Shown here: positions 27,801-37,725 of the stretch, in pieces
Layout: each line of letters begins with the position of its first letter
Position numbering within the stretch: position 1 is the first letter of the stretch
NCBI GenBank assembly: GCA_965649765.1
Contig: OZ287749.1
Coordinates: forward strand, 41,788,001-41,852,000
Direction of reading: 5' to 3'
Source: Bispira polyomma
Lineage: Eukaryota
Length of the DNA: 64,000 nt
Notes under the pieces: generated by a model
What the model was told of the DNA's origin: nothing
Database searches by the model: none
Seen by the model: only the letters and a program-made list of their open reading frames with translations
Translations under genes and position numbers: made by a program

Positions 27801-30800
27801 CAAATATGTTAAATGTGAGCGACTTTAAACCCTAATGACCGACGATTAACCAACTCACTGAATTTATTAATCTGTGATGTACATAACCTGTTTTTACTTT
27901 GTGTTTCATATACTCAACAAAACCAGATTCTGAAACCTTCATCTCTAATAGCATATACCTATGTCTTCAACCTCTACTATTTGTATGTACTTTCACTTTC
28001 AGATTTCCACTACTTTACCAAAACCAGAATGTAAATACATCTTACCACCAACATACCCACCCATCCCTATATTTTACCAAACCAGTTGGTGAATACATCT
28101 GACTACCAGCATACACTACCTATCCTTATATCTTCAACCTAAATGTTTTTATGTACTTGTACTTTTAGATGTCTCCAGAGCATTCATTCGATGACAGGGA
28201 GGACGACACTGGCGGAGACGAAGAAACGCGACTACACCGCAGGCGGGAAAAGAACAGAGTGGCAGCACAGAAATGTCGTCAAAAGAAGAGGGATGCATCA
28301 AATAATCTAGTCAAAGTAAGTTAAACTAAGTTGTTTCAAATTTGTTGCAAGGTGCTATATATAAGCTGAGTCTAATTCCACATGGTATTTCTTTGGTCCA
28401 GTTGGCATCGTTTTCACTTCTGCATTGTGCCACAATCAATAGTCAGGCATCCTCTGTGGTGCACATCCAAGTCAGCAATCAAAAGAATAGTGTGATACGG
28501 GATAAGGTTCGTGATCAGTCGTGACCAGGAGATGAAAGTTAAGGCAGAAAAGCGACTTGATACAAATGTGTTTTGTGCTTTTTCCTAAAGCCTGTAATCT
28601 TTGTCCCATTGAAGACTAGTAGGGAGATTATTCCACTCAGCAGGTGCTGCAGCTTTGAATGATTTTAACCAGTCATGATCAGTTTCTTAGGTAAAAAAAC
28701 AGAGATGAAAAGATGATTCCATCTGGTAAGATTGCTAAGATGATTAGTAGGCTGGCCACTGCACATTGACAGTGTTAAAATGGGGACATCTAGCTTAAAT
28801 TTATACCTCCTTCAACAGTCTTGTCCCAAATGTGTGTCAAACATAGAGCTACTATTGCCATATCAAAGCAAATTCATCCAAGTTGGTATATCTAAAAAAA
28901 TGGGCACACTAGTTTTTTTTGTTGGCAAATTCCTTGGTTAGTGGCCATATGGACTACTGCATATGGACTAATTTATTATAATTACAATTATTACAGCTTC
29001 TTTAATCTCTCGCATTGCAAAAAGTCAATGCCCAGTTTATACAGTTTGGCAGACCAAATAAGTACCACTGTCAAGGGTGTATGAATTCCCCATTGACATA
29101 CATCGAATTCAGTTCAGTTAATGATGCAAAATGTATGACTTCAAATTCTGTTATACACAGAGAGAGGTGATAGAATTTCTTATTTTAATTCCATCCATTG
29201 GAAAGTAGTTTTGACATTGCCATTTATAAACCTGAAACTTCACTTTCCATGAGCCACCTCTTTACGCAGTTACTGAGTAAACAGCTGGCAGAGATGTACT
29301 TCTTGTATTACAGTGTTGACTGTTGATATTATTTGTCTTAGTAACATGACTAATAATGTTTGTACTGAAACCACAAGTGTATGTTGTGGTTTTTGTTTGC
29401 GGGTACTCCAATTCAAAACGCAAACTTATAAAGCTCCTTGTAAGAGTACATTTTTAACCCACCAACCAAAAGCCAAGTTGTACGTGTACTCTAACATGTC
29501 AGTAGATAGATAGATGGGGAGATAGACAGATTTTTTTATTGTACTCTCACCTGGTAAATATAAACACATATATACAATTTATAAAATGCTTGACCCAGGC
29601 AGCCACTTGTGGCTTATGAGAGAGTTTGCGTGTAAAAATAGGTTCAATGTACAAATACAGCGTTAATATAATATCATATATATATAGAATTACATGTACA
29701 ATATACTAGATCCGACTTCTAAGCATCTTTAGGCCGTCAGGCCTTTGTCACAGGCCATCAGACCCAAGATCACATTTCTAGCACATTATTACTATTACTA
29801 TATGAAAGGTCAATGAAATTTGACTCAACACTCAAATTACAGAATAGTAGGGAAAAGTTTTTGGTATCATAATGTAGCATTAAATGTATGCTATCATATA
29901 TATAAATTACAATATACTAGATCCGACTTTTTTGTCGCGGACTGTCAGAGTCAAGAATATATTTCTAGTATATCATTACTATATGAAAGGACATATTGCC
30001 ACATATCTTACACATACAAAGATAACTGAGCCAAGATCATAATAAATTACCAGTATCATTAAACACTGGCCACTGGCGTCTCTATGAGTAATACAATTTT
30101 CCTAGTTCAACTTTATGTAATTTACTTTGATATATATTTCACACCAAGTTATATATTTATGGTTTTCTTTTAACAGAAACTTTACCAGCTTGCAGTGAAT
30201 AGTGAACCTTGATCAAGCTTGACATTTCTATTCTCTCCATTGTCGTGTGATACCAAATCTTTTTGCCATTAATTCCCAAACTGTGGAATGATCTTCGGTG
30301 ATGACATACAAAAGGCCCCAACACTCAATAGTTCAGAAAACAGACTTAAAACCTACTAGTTTGGTAAAGCCTTCTCACCATACTATACTGAGGATATCGG
30401 GGTTATGAACTTTTTTCCATCCCACATATATTCAATATCTAGTTTATGTTATAGATTGTGTGCATTAAAATCCCTAGTACAGAGATTAAGCAGATGGTTA
30501 CCTGATTGATTGATTAATACTTGAGATAAGAAGGATGCTCATGATTTGCAGATATAATTTTGAATTGACTGTTAAAATGAAGATAGTTCTATTCCAGGCT
30601 TTGGTGATAATATGTATGATTTACAGCCTTATTTTTTACTAAGTTCACTTTGAACACTAATTTATTATTCTATTAACATCTGTGTTCAACTGTCATTACA
30701 GATAATATTTAGTGATTCATAACTGAATTACTAGACGTGAACTTTGACCTCGTATAAAGACCATTTGGCGTTAGGAGCTAATTTTCTGTCACCAACATTG

Positions 30801-33800
30801 AATGATTTTTATTTATTTTATTCTTCACTAATTGATTTAAACATGAAGTCAATTCTTTCAGATGGTGTTTCATGGATTACAATTTGTGTACTGCATAGCT
30901 GACAGCTTTATTGTTGGCTGAGGGCTGCTTTTTATTCTAATATGAACATTTTTAGTCCATCAATATCACAATTTATATTAATTGGTAATTGCTACAATTG
31001 GACTTTAACCTAGTTTGTAAGAGCATCAGCGTTTGGAGCTCTAGTTTTCTGGTGTGTGGCTAATATTTGAAAGGTTTTGTTTATATACAAATCTCACACT
31101 CCAGCCACCTGTGTCTTTGTACTGTTAACCACACACACCTTTTTTCTACCAACACCTTGTCATATTCCTTTTGTGCAGTTTGTCTAATAAATCTGTATTT
31201 TGGCCCAGTTCTGGTTCCATTTCATTCTTTCAAATAAAAATGCAATACTTCCATTTAATCAAAAAAGGGGATATTTTATGTGTGAGTCTGCATTTAAAGC
31301 AAAAGCTTGTCTGGGTGATTTTGTTTTTCTGAAAATGAATATAATTTTAAAACCTATTTATAAAGTGGATTATACTCTACCTATATCATTGAAATGTCTA
31401 GTTTAATTCTGCTTATAACACACAGTTTATAAGCACCCTTTCTATACTGAATTACATCTTATTTTAATGTATCTCTGCATTTATAGCATGATGTTTCTTC
31501 TGAAACTCATAAAATCTAAGACACATTTTGTAAACTATGATGGCAGATTTTTTGAATGCCACATTCCAGATCTAATTTTGTTCACTTTCTCTTTGCATTT
31601 TAGTTCAGTTTTAATTTATTGTCTCATCTTGTTTTAGAGATGTGTACGTCAGAGGGAGTTAGGTGTATTATCTAACCTCTGTAACAAGTTGGTTATCAAA
31701 CACTGTATGGGTATTGGAATACAAGATCAGTTAGTTGTTACACATAGAGTAAGGAATCTAAAATAATTCGCCACCTAGAAAATGTTGTGTTTTTGGTAGA
31801 ATTGTGGTTAATATTTTGCTAAAATTTAGATTTTTGTTCACATTTTGCCTTATTTCTCTAAATTCAAGTTATGATTTGCCAGTTTTTTTTTATTAATTTG
31901 GCTTCAATTTTAGCGTTGACATTTTGTATTATTTTGTGTGATGAGGTGGCCGGTTTTAAAATGAAAGGCATAATTAACACATAATCTCCAACAAGAATCC
32001 TATACACGTTTGTATGCATTGTTTAAAAATATGATATTTGAAGGTTGCATTGCCCAGTTATAATCTGGGAGGATAAAAGATTGAATGGACATTTTGAGAG
32101 TGACTGAGGATTCTAATGAGTGATCCTAGTAAGTAAGTATCCGGTTAATCTCTGACAAACTCTGTGGGCCTAATGGTGTATAAGCATTAGCTTTATATCA
32201 TTTAGTTCTCTTATCTCTAAGGACAGCTGATTTGAATCTAACATGTGCAAAGGGAAGTTTGAGACAAAGTTTGCTTGATACATGGTACTTGGCGAAGGTC
32301 AGTTCTTCCTAGTGTACGAAGTACTGGGTTACTCTATTTATTAATGTGGCCATCACAATGTGACCAAACATTGTTGAACTTACTTATTCTAAAAACCCAA
32401 ATAAATTTAAATTCAAACCACATTCTCTTGAAGATAGAAATTTGCTGTTCTTGTGTTTTTACCCTACCTATTTTATTTTTCCATAAAAAACCCACATAAC
32501 ATTTTTTGCCATCCACAGTAGAACATTCTAACATTTGGAATGGGTGTATAATAAGTTCTAATTATTGTAAATAGATCTAAGAGCTAGAAACTTACTTAAG
32601 TCTGCGTTTCCATGTCAGCAATAGATGACGGCAATCAGGCGACGGACGACGGCTATCAGGCGACGGACGACGGCAATTGGCAATTTAATGTTTTCACTAC
32701 CAGGAAGGAAAAAATTAACATCCATTGTCCGTCGCCTATCGGGCGACTCACATGGAAAAATATACTTATAAATGAATGAAACTGAAAAGTTGCTGTCGGC
32801 TGATCACCTCTGAAAAAATGCCTGCATGGAAACATCTACTTACCCTTCCATACAAACCAGATCTCAGAGACTAAACTGAAATGGCAGACTTTGACCACAA
32901 TCCATGCAGTATGTTGCTCGTCAGTGCAAAGACTTGGGCCATTTGCTCTTGTTATATAATCATTATATATAGACTTCAATTCTGTTTTGTGGGGTTTACA
33001 TGTGGTTGCTATTATCACTTGTAATTTACTTCATTTTTTATCTCCACAAAATATAGGTTGGAGTTGAACTGTCTGTGTGTGTGGCTTTCTTTTCTGTGGG
33101 GAACATCAAGAATAGAAATCCAATCCAACATAATATACACTTAGTATTAAATAAATACTTTTGAGCTATACTATTAGGACATTTAGGAACCCATAAATAA
33201 GCTGATATTACTACATTATGTGTGTGTCTCATGTAAGCCTATATAAACCCAGGTGACTAATAAGGGTGGAGATTTGACTCTTAACAAGATTCATCCCCCT
33301 CCACACTAAGTATATCAAGGGGGTGAAGCTTGTTATTAATGCTAATTTATAAGCCCTTCCCAAACCTCGGGCGGTCTGCTGGTGGGATGTGTATATCTGT
33401 GTGTGTAGGTTATAATTAGGCTACACCGAGTTACACCCATGCAGTGACTGATTCCTCCCACCCAAACAGTGGTGGGTGGTACATGTATACATCTTTACCA
33501 CCCTGTGAGCTATAACTATACTGTACTATGCACTACTGTGTTGCTAAGCCAAACTTTCACAGCCAAACCACACAAGAAGAAAACACAAGGCTGGTATATA
33601 ATATAACTAAACCCATTACAGTCTGTGTTGACTTAGTATTTCTTTTTTCTGTTGACGTTTTTGCCATGCTCATTTCCTTTCCACAAAAAAAGTCAGTTGT
33701 TTGCATCCAGTCACACCTTTTACTGTTGACAGGACACCACCCCTTATTTTTGGCGATGTGATATAGGATGGATGTGAACTTTGCAAATACCTGAAGAAAA

Positions 33801-36800
33801 ACACTCGATGGGTTTTAACTTTTCAAGAAGACTCTCTCAAATTAAACCAGCCTATGGGGTGATAAGTTACAGCTGTCCAAAGAGTCAAATTGTTGACAAC
33901 CCCCCCTCTCCCTGCCTCCTTTTCCCTCCCCTATCTCTGTTCAGTCTATAGTAGGCGTGGATATAGCTTGTGTTTTAAGTGTCTGTATTTCATCTTTTCT
34001 CTTTAGTCCACCATTTATTTAACTCCCCCATTCTTTTTCTACCAAATATCGCCCTTGGGATAAGAAGCTAGCTGTCTGATTGGTTAGCCTTCAGTGGAAA
34101 ACTCGGCAGTTCTCGCCTGTTGTCGACCAATCAAATCAGAGATGGTCGTGAATTCAGGCGTTATTCCTCCCTCTTACACAACGTTTTATACAAGCAGCAC
34201 TAGTTTCTTCCTTAATGTTTATTTTGATTTTTAAATTTTTTGGACCAGCTTTATACAAAAACATTATTTATTGTATTCTCCCTCAAGGGCGATTGTGTTA
34301 TTTATAAATAGAGAGAATCTATATAAAAAAAACCTCCTACACTAAAACCCTGACTGCCTATTTTAACTCGTCGCCAACCCAAAAAACCACCTTGCACCTT
34401 TATAAATTAGCAATGCCAACACAAAGAATATTGGAATACAAAGCCTTATTATTTATTATTACTATCTCATATACAACAAGGTACTCTTTCTGAGATTATT
34501 TGGCACGGGTTTCGAGGGGGAGAGATGAAAAGGACTGGGGTGAGGGGGGCACTACCCACGGGGTGGGGGATGGGGGAGAAGGTTATTTGTTGTTGACTAG
34601 TTGCATAATATATACGCAGAAATACATTATATGCAGAAAAACTAATATCTAGAGATAGTATATTACAGCAAAATTTATGACAAGCACACGAAAAACTTCT
34701 CAGAGGGAGAAAAAAGCTTGCTGAAAAAGTGTTGCGCAATTTAGGGTCTTTGTTTGATGCCTGGCGTGTGCCAAATTGGGAAGTCTCCAACAAAGGATGG
34801 CTTTTTTATTATATTACATATACATGTGCACCCGACGGTTTTTTTTTAATAATCTGTCACAAGTAGAAATAATAAGAGGCTTAAATTACCTTATTGATAA
34901 ACAACATGTGGGGGGGGGGGGACCTTTCACGGAAAGAAAACAAAGGAATATATACAAAAATGGGAAGACAGTTCAGTTCTTTTTGTAGAGAGTTCTAATA
35001 ATTGTTTTTATTCTTTCTTTTTTATTTTTGCTCTCCTTCTATTTTAGAGGGGAACAAAATAAAAAAAACCAACCCAAATTGGTAGCGAGGTGTATTCATG
35101 TACATATTGAAATTCTGACCACATGAAAGTGAGGAAATGTCAATCCTTGTATTAATTGTAAAAAGCCATAATAAATAACAATAAGAAGCAAGTAGATTTG
35201 TTACACACATGGGTTGGATATGTCTGAAGTCTAATCGGTTGTACAACCCTTCCAGTATGTATAAGTTCAAATAGATCAGGGAGCAAACTAAAACTCTACG
35301 GCTCTCTACAAAATGGTTGTTAAGGTTCACCTATTGTTTTTTTTTTACAGAGTTATGTTATTACAGTATATACTACATATAACTAAATCCATGTAATGTA
35401 AACCTAAAGCAGTTTTTGAAATGGCCATCGCAAATGCATCAACAAAATGGCATTCTACTTTGTTTTCAGATCCAATAAACTTCTAAGATAACCCTAACTT
35501 AAAGTATAAGTCACATACAGAAGTCTTCAAACAAGGACTTTTAGGAAAATAATAATGAAACTGTCTGTAACTTTTGAATAGACAGTGTAGTTCGACCCTT
35601 TCCAGCCATTAAAGCCATTTGTTATGTTTGATGTCAAAAGCAGATATCCCCACGTGTCTTCTTTGAACTTCCTACGGTAATCAATTAGAAATTCATTTCA
35701 ATTGATCACGTGTTAAATGGGAAGTGATTGGACAATACGAATACAAACACTCCAGATTTGCTTTGTGTAATTAGATCACAGTTAAATTTTCATATCCAAG
35801 AAAACGAAAAAAAAATACTGATCAGTCATCAATTGGAAACGGTAAAACAATTTAATGGAAAAGTACCCATTGCACCTGGTATATGTGAATGGAGTAAGTG
35901 GGGAGAAAGGACCCAATATGTTACACCGTATATAGAGCTGTCATCTGTCACATAGACATAACATAGTGCTGGTTATAGGTTGTAAACAAGTTTGATGTAC
36001 AGATTACTGCTACTGTGCATAGTAGTCCATTAAGTCATAACTACTAAATACTGTAGTAAAAGTTTCTAGCAACAGTGGATTAGCGAGTGCTAACATATTG
36101 ATCTCAGTTTAGTAAAGAGATGCAAACATATATTAGCCTATGTTCAGATGTTTTGTTAACTTGTTGCCACAAAGTTCTACTTGTACTAATAATGCACATA
36201 ATTCTTCAAAATATTCAGCCATATCTAGTCACTAAAATGAATTCCTGCCTTGCATGTCTTGCAAAACATATGTTTACATTGGGCTAGAAATCATTTTTTC
36301 TATCTCATTAAAAATAGTTTATTCATACAGACCAGACATGAAGTTTTGAACCAATTAACTATAGATTTTACTCTGGCATGGACTTTTTATTTCTGTTTCC
36401 AGGAATACCAGGATCTGGAGTCATCCAACACCCAACTCAGATTCGAGATCCGCCAGTATCAGAAACAGAAACAAGATCTGGAGAAGCTGCTTTCCAGCCA
36501 CTTAACAGACTGTACCAAGCACTCCGGATCAAGTGCCTCTTCATCAACCACATCCATCCCATCTACCTGTTCCATGACAACATGTCCAAACCACACGGTC
36601 AGTGTCCCTCCGCAGGCAGATCTAGGGCTTCCGTCACTTCAAGTCCCAGGATCTAGGAATTCTTCTTCTGTCACACACAGAGACCATAGAAGCATCCAGA
36701 GCATCCAGGCAGATACTGAAGCTGATGAAAGTGGTGGATTAAGGTCATCAACAAAAAGAGGTTCTTCTGAAATAGAAGTAAAGCAGACGGAGGAGGGGAA

Positions 36801-37725
36801 GAAATTCAGATTGCCTCAGCCAGCAGCACAAGGTAGTAGTATGAGTAGTAGTATGGCCATCCCCACACCCATCTGGTCACAGAAGTCTGAGAGTAGTAGA
36901 CTAACAAGCGAACCACCAACCCCATGGAAAGACTCTGGCCAGCCTTTTGGTCACAAGGGTGTCCACCAAGGGAGAAAACCTCAATTAGCAATAGGAAAAG
37001 GGGGTACTGCTCTAGGTACTGGCAAAGTACCAAGTTTTGGTCTTGGTTCAGACAGTAGAGGCTGGTCTGTGGATGAGAATGTCCAAGTTGCTACACAGGG
37101 AAGATTTGACCACTCATCTGTATACAAGACCACCTCTTCTAGTCAGGACCTACCCAGACAAGCAACTGCTACTACTGCTACAAAAGACAGTTTTCAGCAA
37201 ACACCCATTTCTCAGTTATCAACAAGCAGCATTGTCAGACTCTCAAACCCCCCTAGTCAGATATCACCAAGTTCAAGTTCCTCTGCCAGCGGATCTAGAA
37301 GGAGTGATCACATGACACAAAGGCAACAAGCAGAAAGCAACATTTCAGTCAATCAGAGGCCGTCAAATGTAGCAAATCAAGTGCAGCTAAATCGCTCTGG
37401 CTCCCCACTGGTACTACAGCCACCTCACTGTATTCAGTCTATGGACTTCTCTGCCTTTTCAAGCACACCATCTGGACCATCAGGTAAACCTTCTCCTACT
37501 GCTGCCTATATAAACAGACCAGCTAGACCATCAGATAAACATACTCTTACAACATCTACCTTACCTTTAACCTCTGCCACAGTCTCTGCATCATCCCCTA
37601 GTTCACTGCCTCCTCTCCATAGTGAGCCACATCATTCACCTGTGAACAGAGGAGCACCAAGAAGGTCAAAGTCAAGGACGGTTAAGGCCATAGATTTTAA
37701 TTCTATGTTTAATATCACAGATTGA
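12240..37725 (+). CDS. Spliced gene model join(12240..13595,28169..28315,36403..37725): ~941-aa ATF3/JDP2/BATF/Fos-family bZIP transcription factor
   Basis: Three exons with canonical GT-AG sites, both junctions phase 0 (452+49+440 aa). The spliced bZIP reads RLHRRREKNRVAAQKCRQKKRDASNNLVK|EYQDLESSNTQLRFEIRQYQKQKQDLEKLLSSHLTDC. It has the N-x7-R basic motif, a heptad zipper ending in H-x3-C, and an intron after L-x-x at the zipper start, as in Fos/ATF3/BATF genes. The join of the first exon rests on phase and splice sites only. Confidence 0.8.
12358..12735 (+). repeat. Coding tandem repeat, 78-nt / 26-aa unit (xPPDHGLQPIMYRTDGNGKATMSRDQ), about 4 full and 2 partial copies
   Basis: ccagaccatggtctgcaa recurs at 12411, 12489 and 12567, and in diverged form near 12645. 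Units decay towards both ends. Confidence 0.95.
14630..14670 (+). repeat. G-run tract with G-quadruplex potential, intron 1
   Basis: Five G-runs separated by single T. Confidence 0.7.
17528..17556. promoter_or_regulatory. Paired CRE palindromes in intron 1
   Basis: TGACGTCA at 17528-17535 and 17549-17556, 21 bp apart. Confidence 0.45.
17846..18441. mobile_element. Degenerate TIR element with internal ~20-bp GATAGGATC repeats
   Basis: Ends TGGTTCCAC / GTGGAACCA. About 5 copies of gcgataggatctgacc at 17960-18060. Internal inverted tttgaggtccgggg / ccccggacctcaaa. Confidence 0.55.
19785..20845 (-). mobile_element. tRNA-derived CORE-like SINE interrupted by MITE family A
   Basis: Minus strand carries the cctctct...ccaggtg.ataaatgggtacc core and a (TTA)-rich tail near 19785-19815. 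The tRNA-like head is split by the 20113-20832 insertion. Confidence 0.7.
20113..20832. mobile_element. PIF/Harbinger-type MITE, family A copy 1
   Basis: TIR GCCTACGCTTCCTTTCAGCA...TGCTGAAAGGAAGCGTAGGC with TAA on both sides. Internal ~150-bp inverted arms at 20352-20503 and 20597-20747. No ORF. Confidence 0.9.
20936..21378. mobile_element. PIF/Harbinger-type MITE, family B
   Basis: TIR GTGAGCGTTTCCATGCAGGCAACTTTCTG / CAGAAAGTTGCCCGCATGGAAACGTTCAC, TTA TSD, internal GGCGA/TCGCC subterminal repeats. Confidence 0.88.
26040..26414. mobile_element. MITE whose right end is quadruplicated
   Basis: Left GGGGCGAATATAC and right GTATATT(T/C)GCCCC. Subterminal inverted similarity tccgtcatccgga / tcggattacgga. 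A 20-bp unit occurs 4 times at 26337-26414. Confidence 0.8.
26602..26750 (+). repeat. ~48-bp unit, 3 copies
   Basis: tttttacct.t...tgtccctttataaagtttgcttaa repeated. This explains the repetitive spurious ORF 26606-26788. Confidence 0.8.
27040..27089 (-). mobile_element. Solo terminal fragment of family C MITE
   Basis: Reverse complement gtttatgtactcatgtaagcgacctccgatatcagacgtcagatttgcg matches the left end of 55139. Confidence 0.7.
27195..27396 (+). repeat. ~100-bp tandem duplication
   Basis: tttttcacattttaca..gcttaacttactttt...tagtgtaaa...cgt.tggtct.gtgtt occurs twice. Confidence 0.8.
27648..27860 (+). mobile_element. tRNA-derived SINE (V-SINE-like mollusc type)
   Basis: A-box TGGTGATGTAGTGG, B-box GATTCGAATC, body ending aatatgttaaatgtgagcgactttaaacc. 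Relatives at about 16800-16958, 32165-32325, 50705-50940, 51950-51995(-) and 59465-59700(-). Confidence 0.65.
28169..28315 (+). CDS. bZIP basic-region exon (MSPEHSFDDREDDTGGDEETRLHRRREKNRVAAQKCRQKKRDASNNLVK)
   Basis: Acceptor tacttgtacttttAG at 28168 and donor AAA|gtaagt at 28316. 147 nt, phase 0-0. RRREKNRVAAQKCR is a typical AP-1/ATF basic region, and the exon starts with xSPE like Fos exon 3. Not in the ORF track (under 60 aa). Confidence 0.93.
32600..32839. mobile_element. Shorter, diverged family B MITE
   Basis: Ends GTCTGCGTTTCCATG / CATGGAAACATCTAC. The right part aligns by eye to about 21255-21378. Flanks are TAA and TTA (imperfect TSD). Confidence 0.7.
36403..37725 (+). CDS. Terminal coding exon: leucine zipper plus ~400-aa S/T/P/Q-rich C-terminal tail
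   Basis: Within ORF 36250-37725. Acceptor tttttatttctgtttccAG at 36402. Zipper EYQDLESSNTQLRFEIRQYQKQKQDLEKLLSSHLTDC follows in frame. Stop TGA at 37723-37725. Confidence 0.9.
   Translation, partial: EYQDLESSNTQLRFEIRQYQKQKQDLEKLLSSHLTDCTKHSGSSASSSTTSIPSTCSMTTCPNHTVSVPPQADLGLPSLQVPGSRNSSSVTHRDHRSIQSIQADTEADESGGLRSSTKRGSSEIEVKQTEEGKKFRLPQPAAQGSSMSSSMAIPTPIWSQKSESSRLTSEPPTPWKDSGQPFGHKGVHQGRKPQLAIGKGGTALGTGKVPSFGLGSDSRGWSVDENVQVATQGRFDHSSVYKTTSSSQDLPRQATATTATKDSFQQTPISQLSTSSIVRLSNPPSQISPSSSSSASGSRRSDHMTQRQQAESNISVNQRPSNVANQVQLNRSGSPLVLQPPHCIQSMDFSAFSSTPSGPSGKPSPTAAYINRPARPSDKHTLTTSTLPLTSATVSASSPSSLPPLHSEPHHSPVNRGAPRRSKSRTVKAIDFNSMFNITD

Noticed and set aside
36250-36402. N-terminal part of the 491-aa ORF
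   Set aside because: Intronic read-through upstream of the acceptor at 36402, starting at a non-ATG codon.
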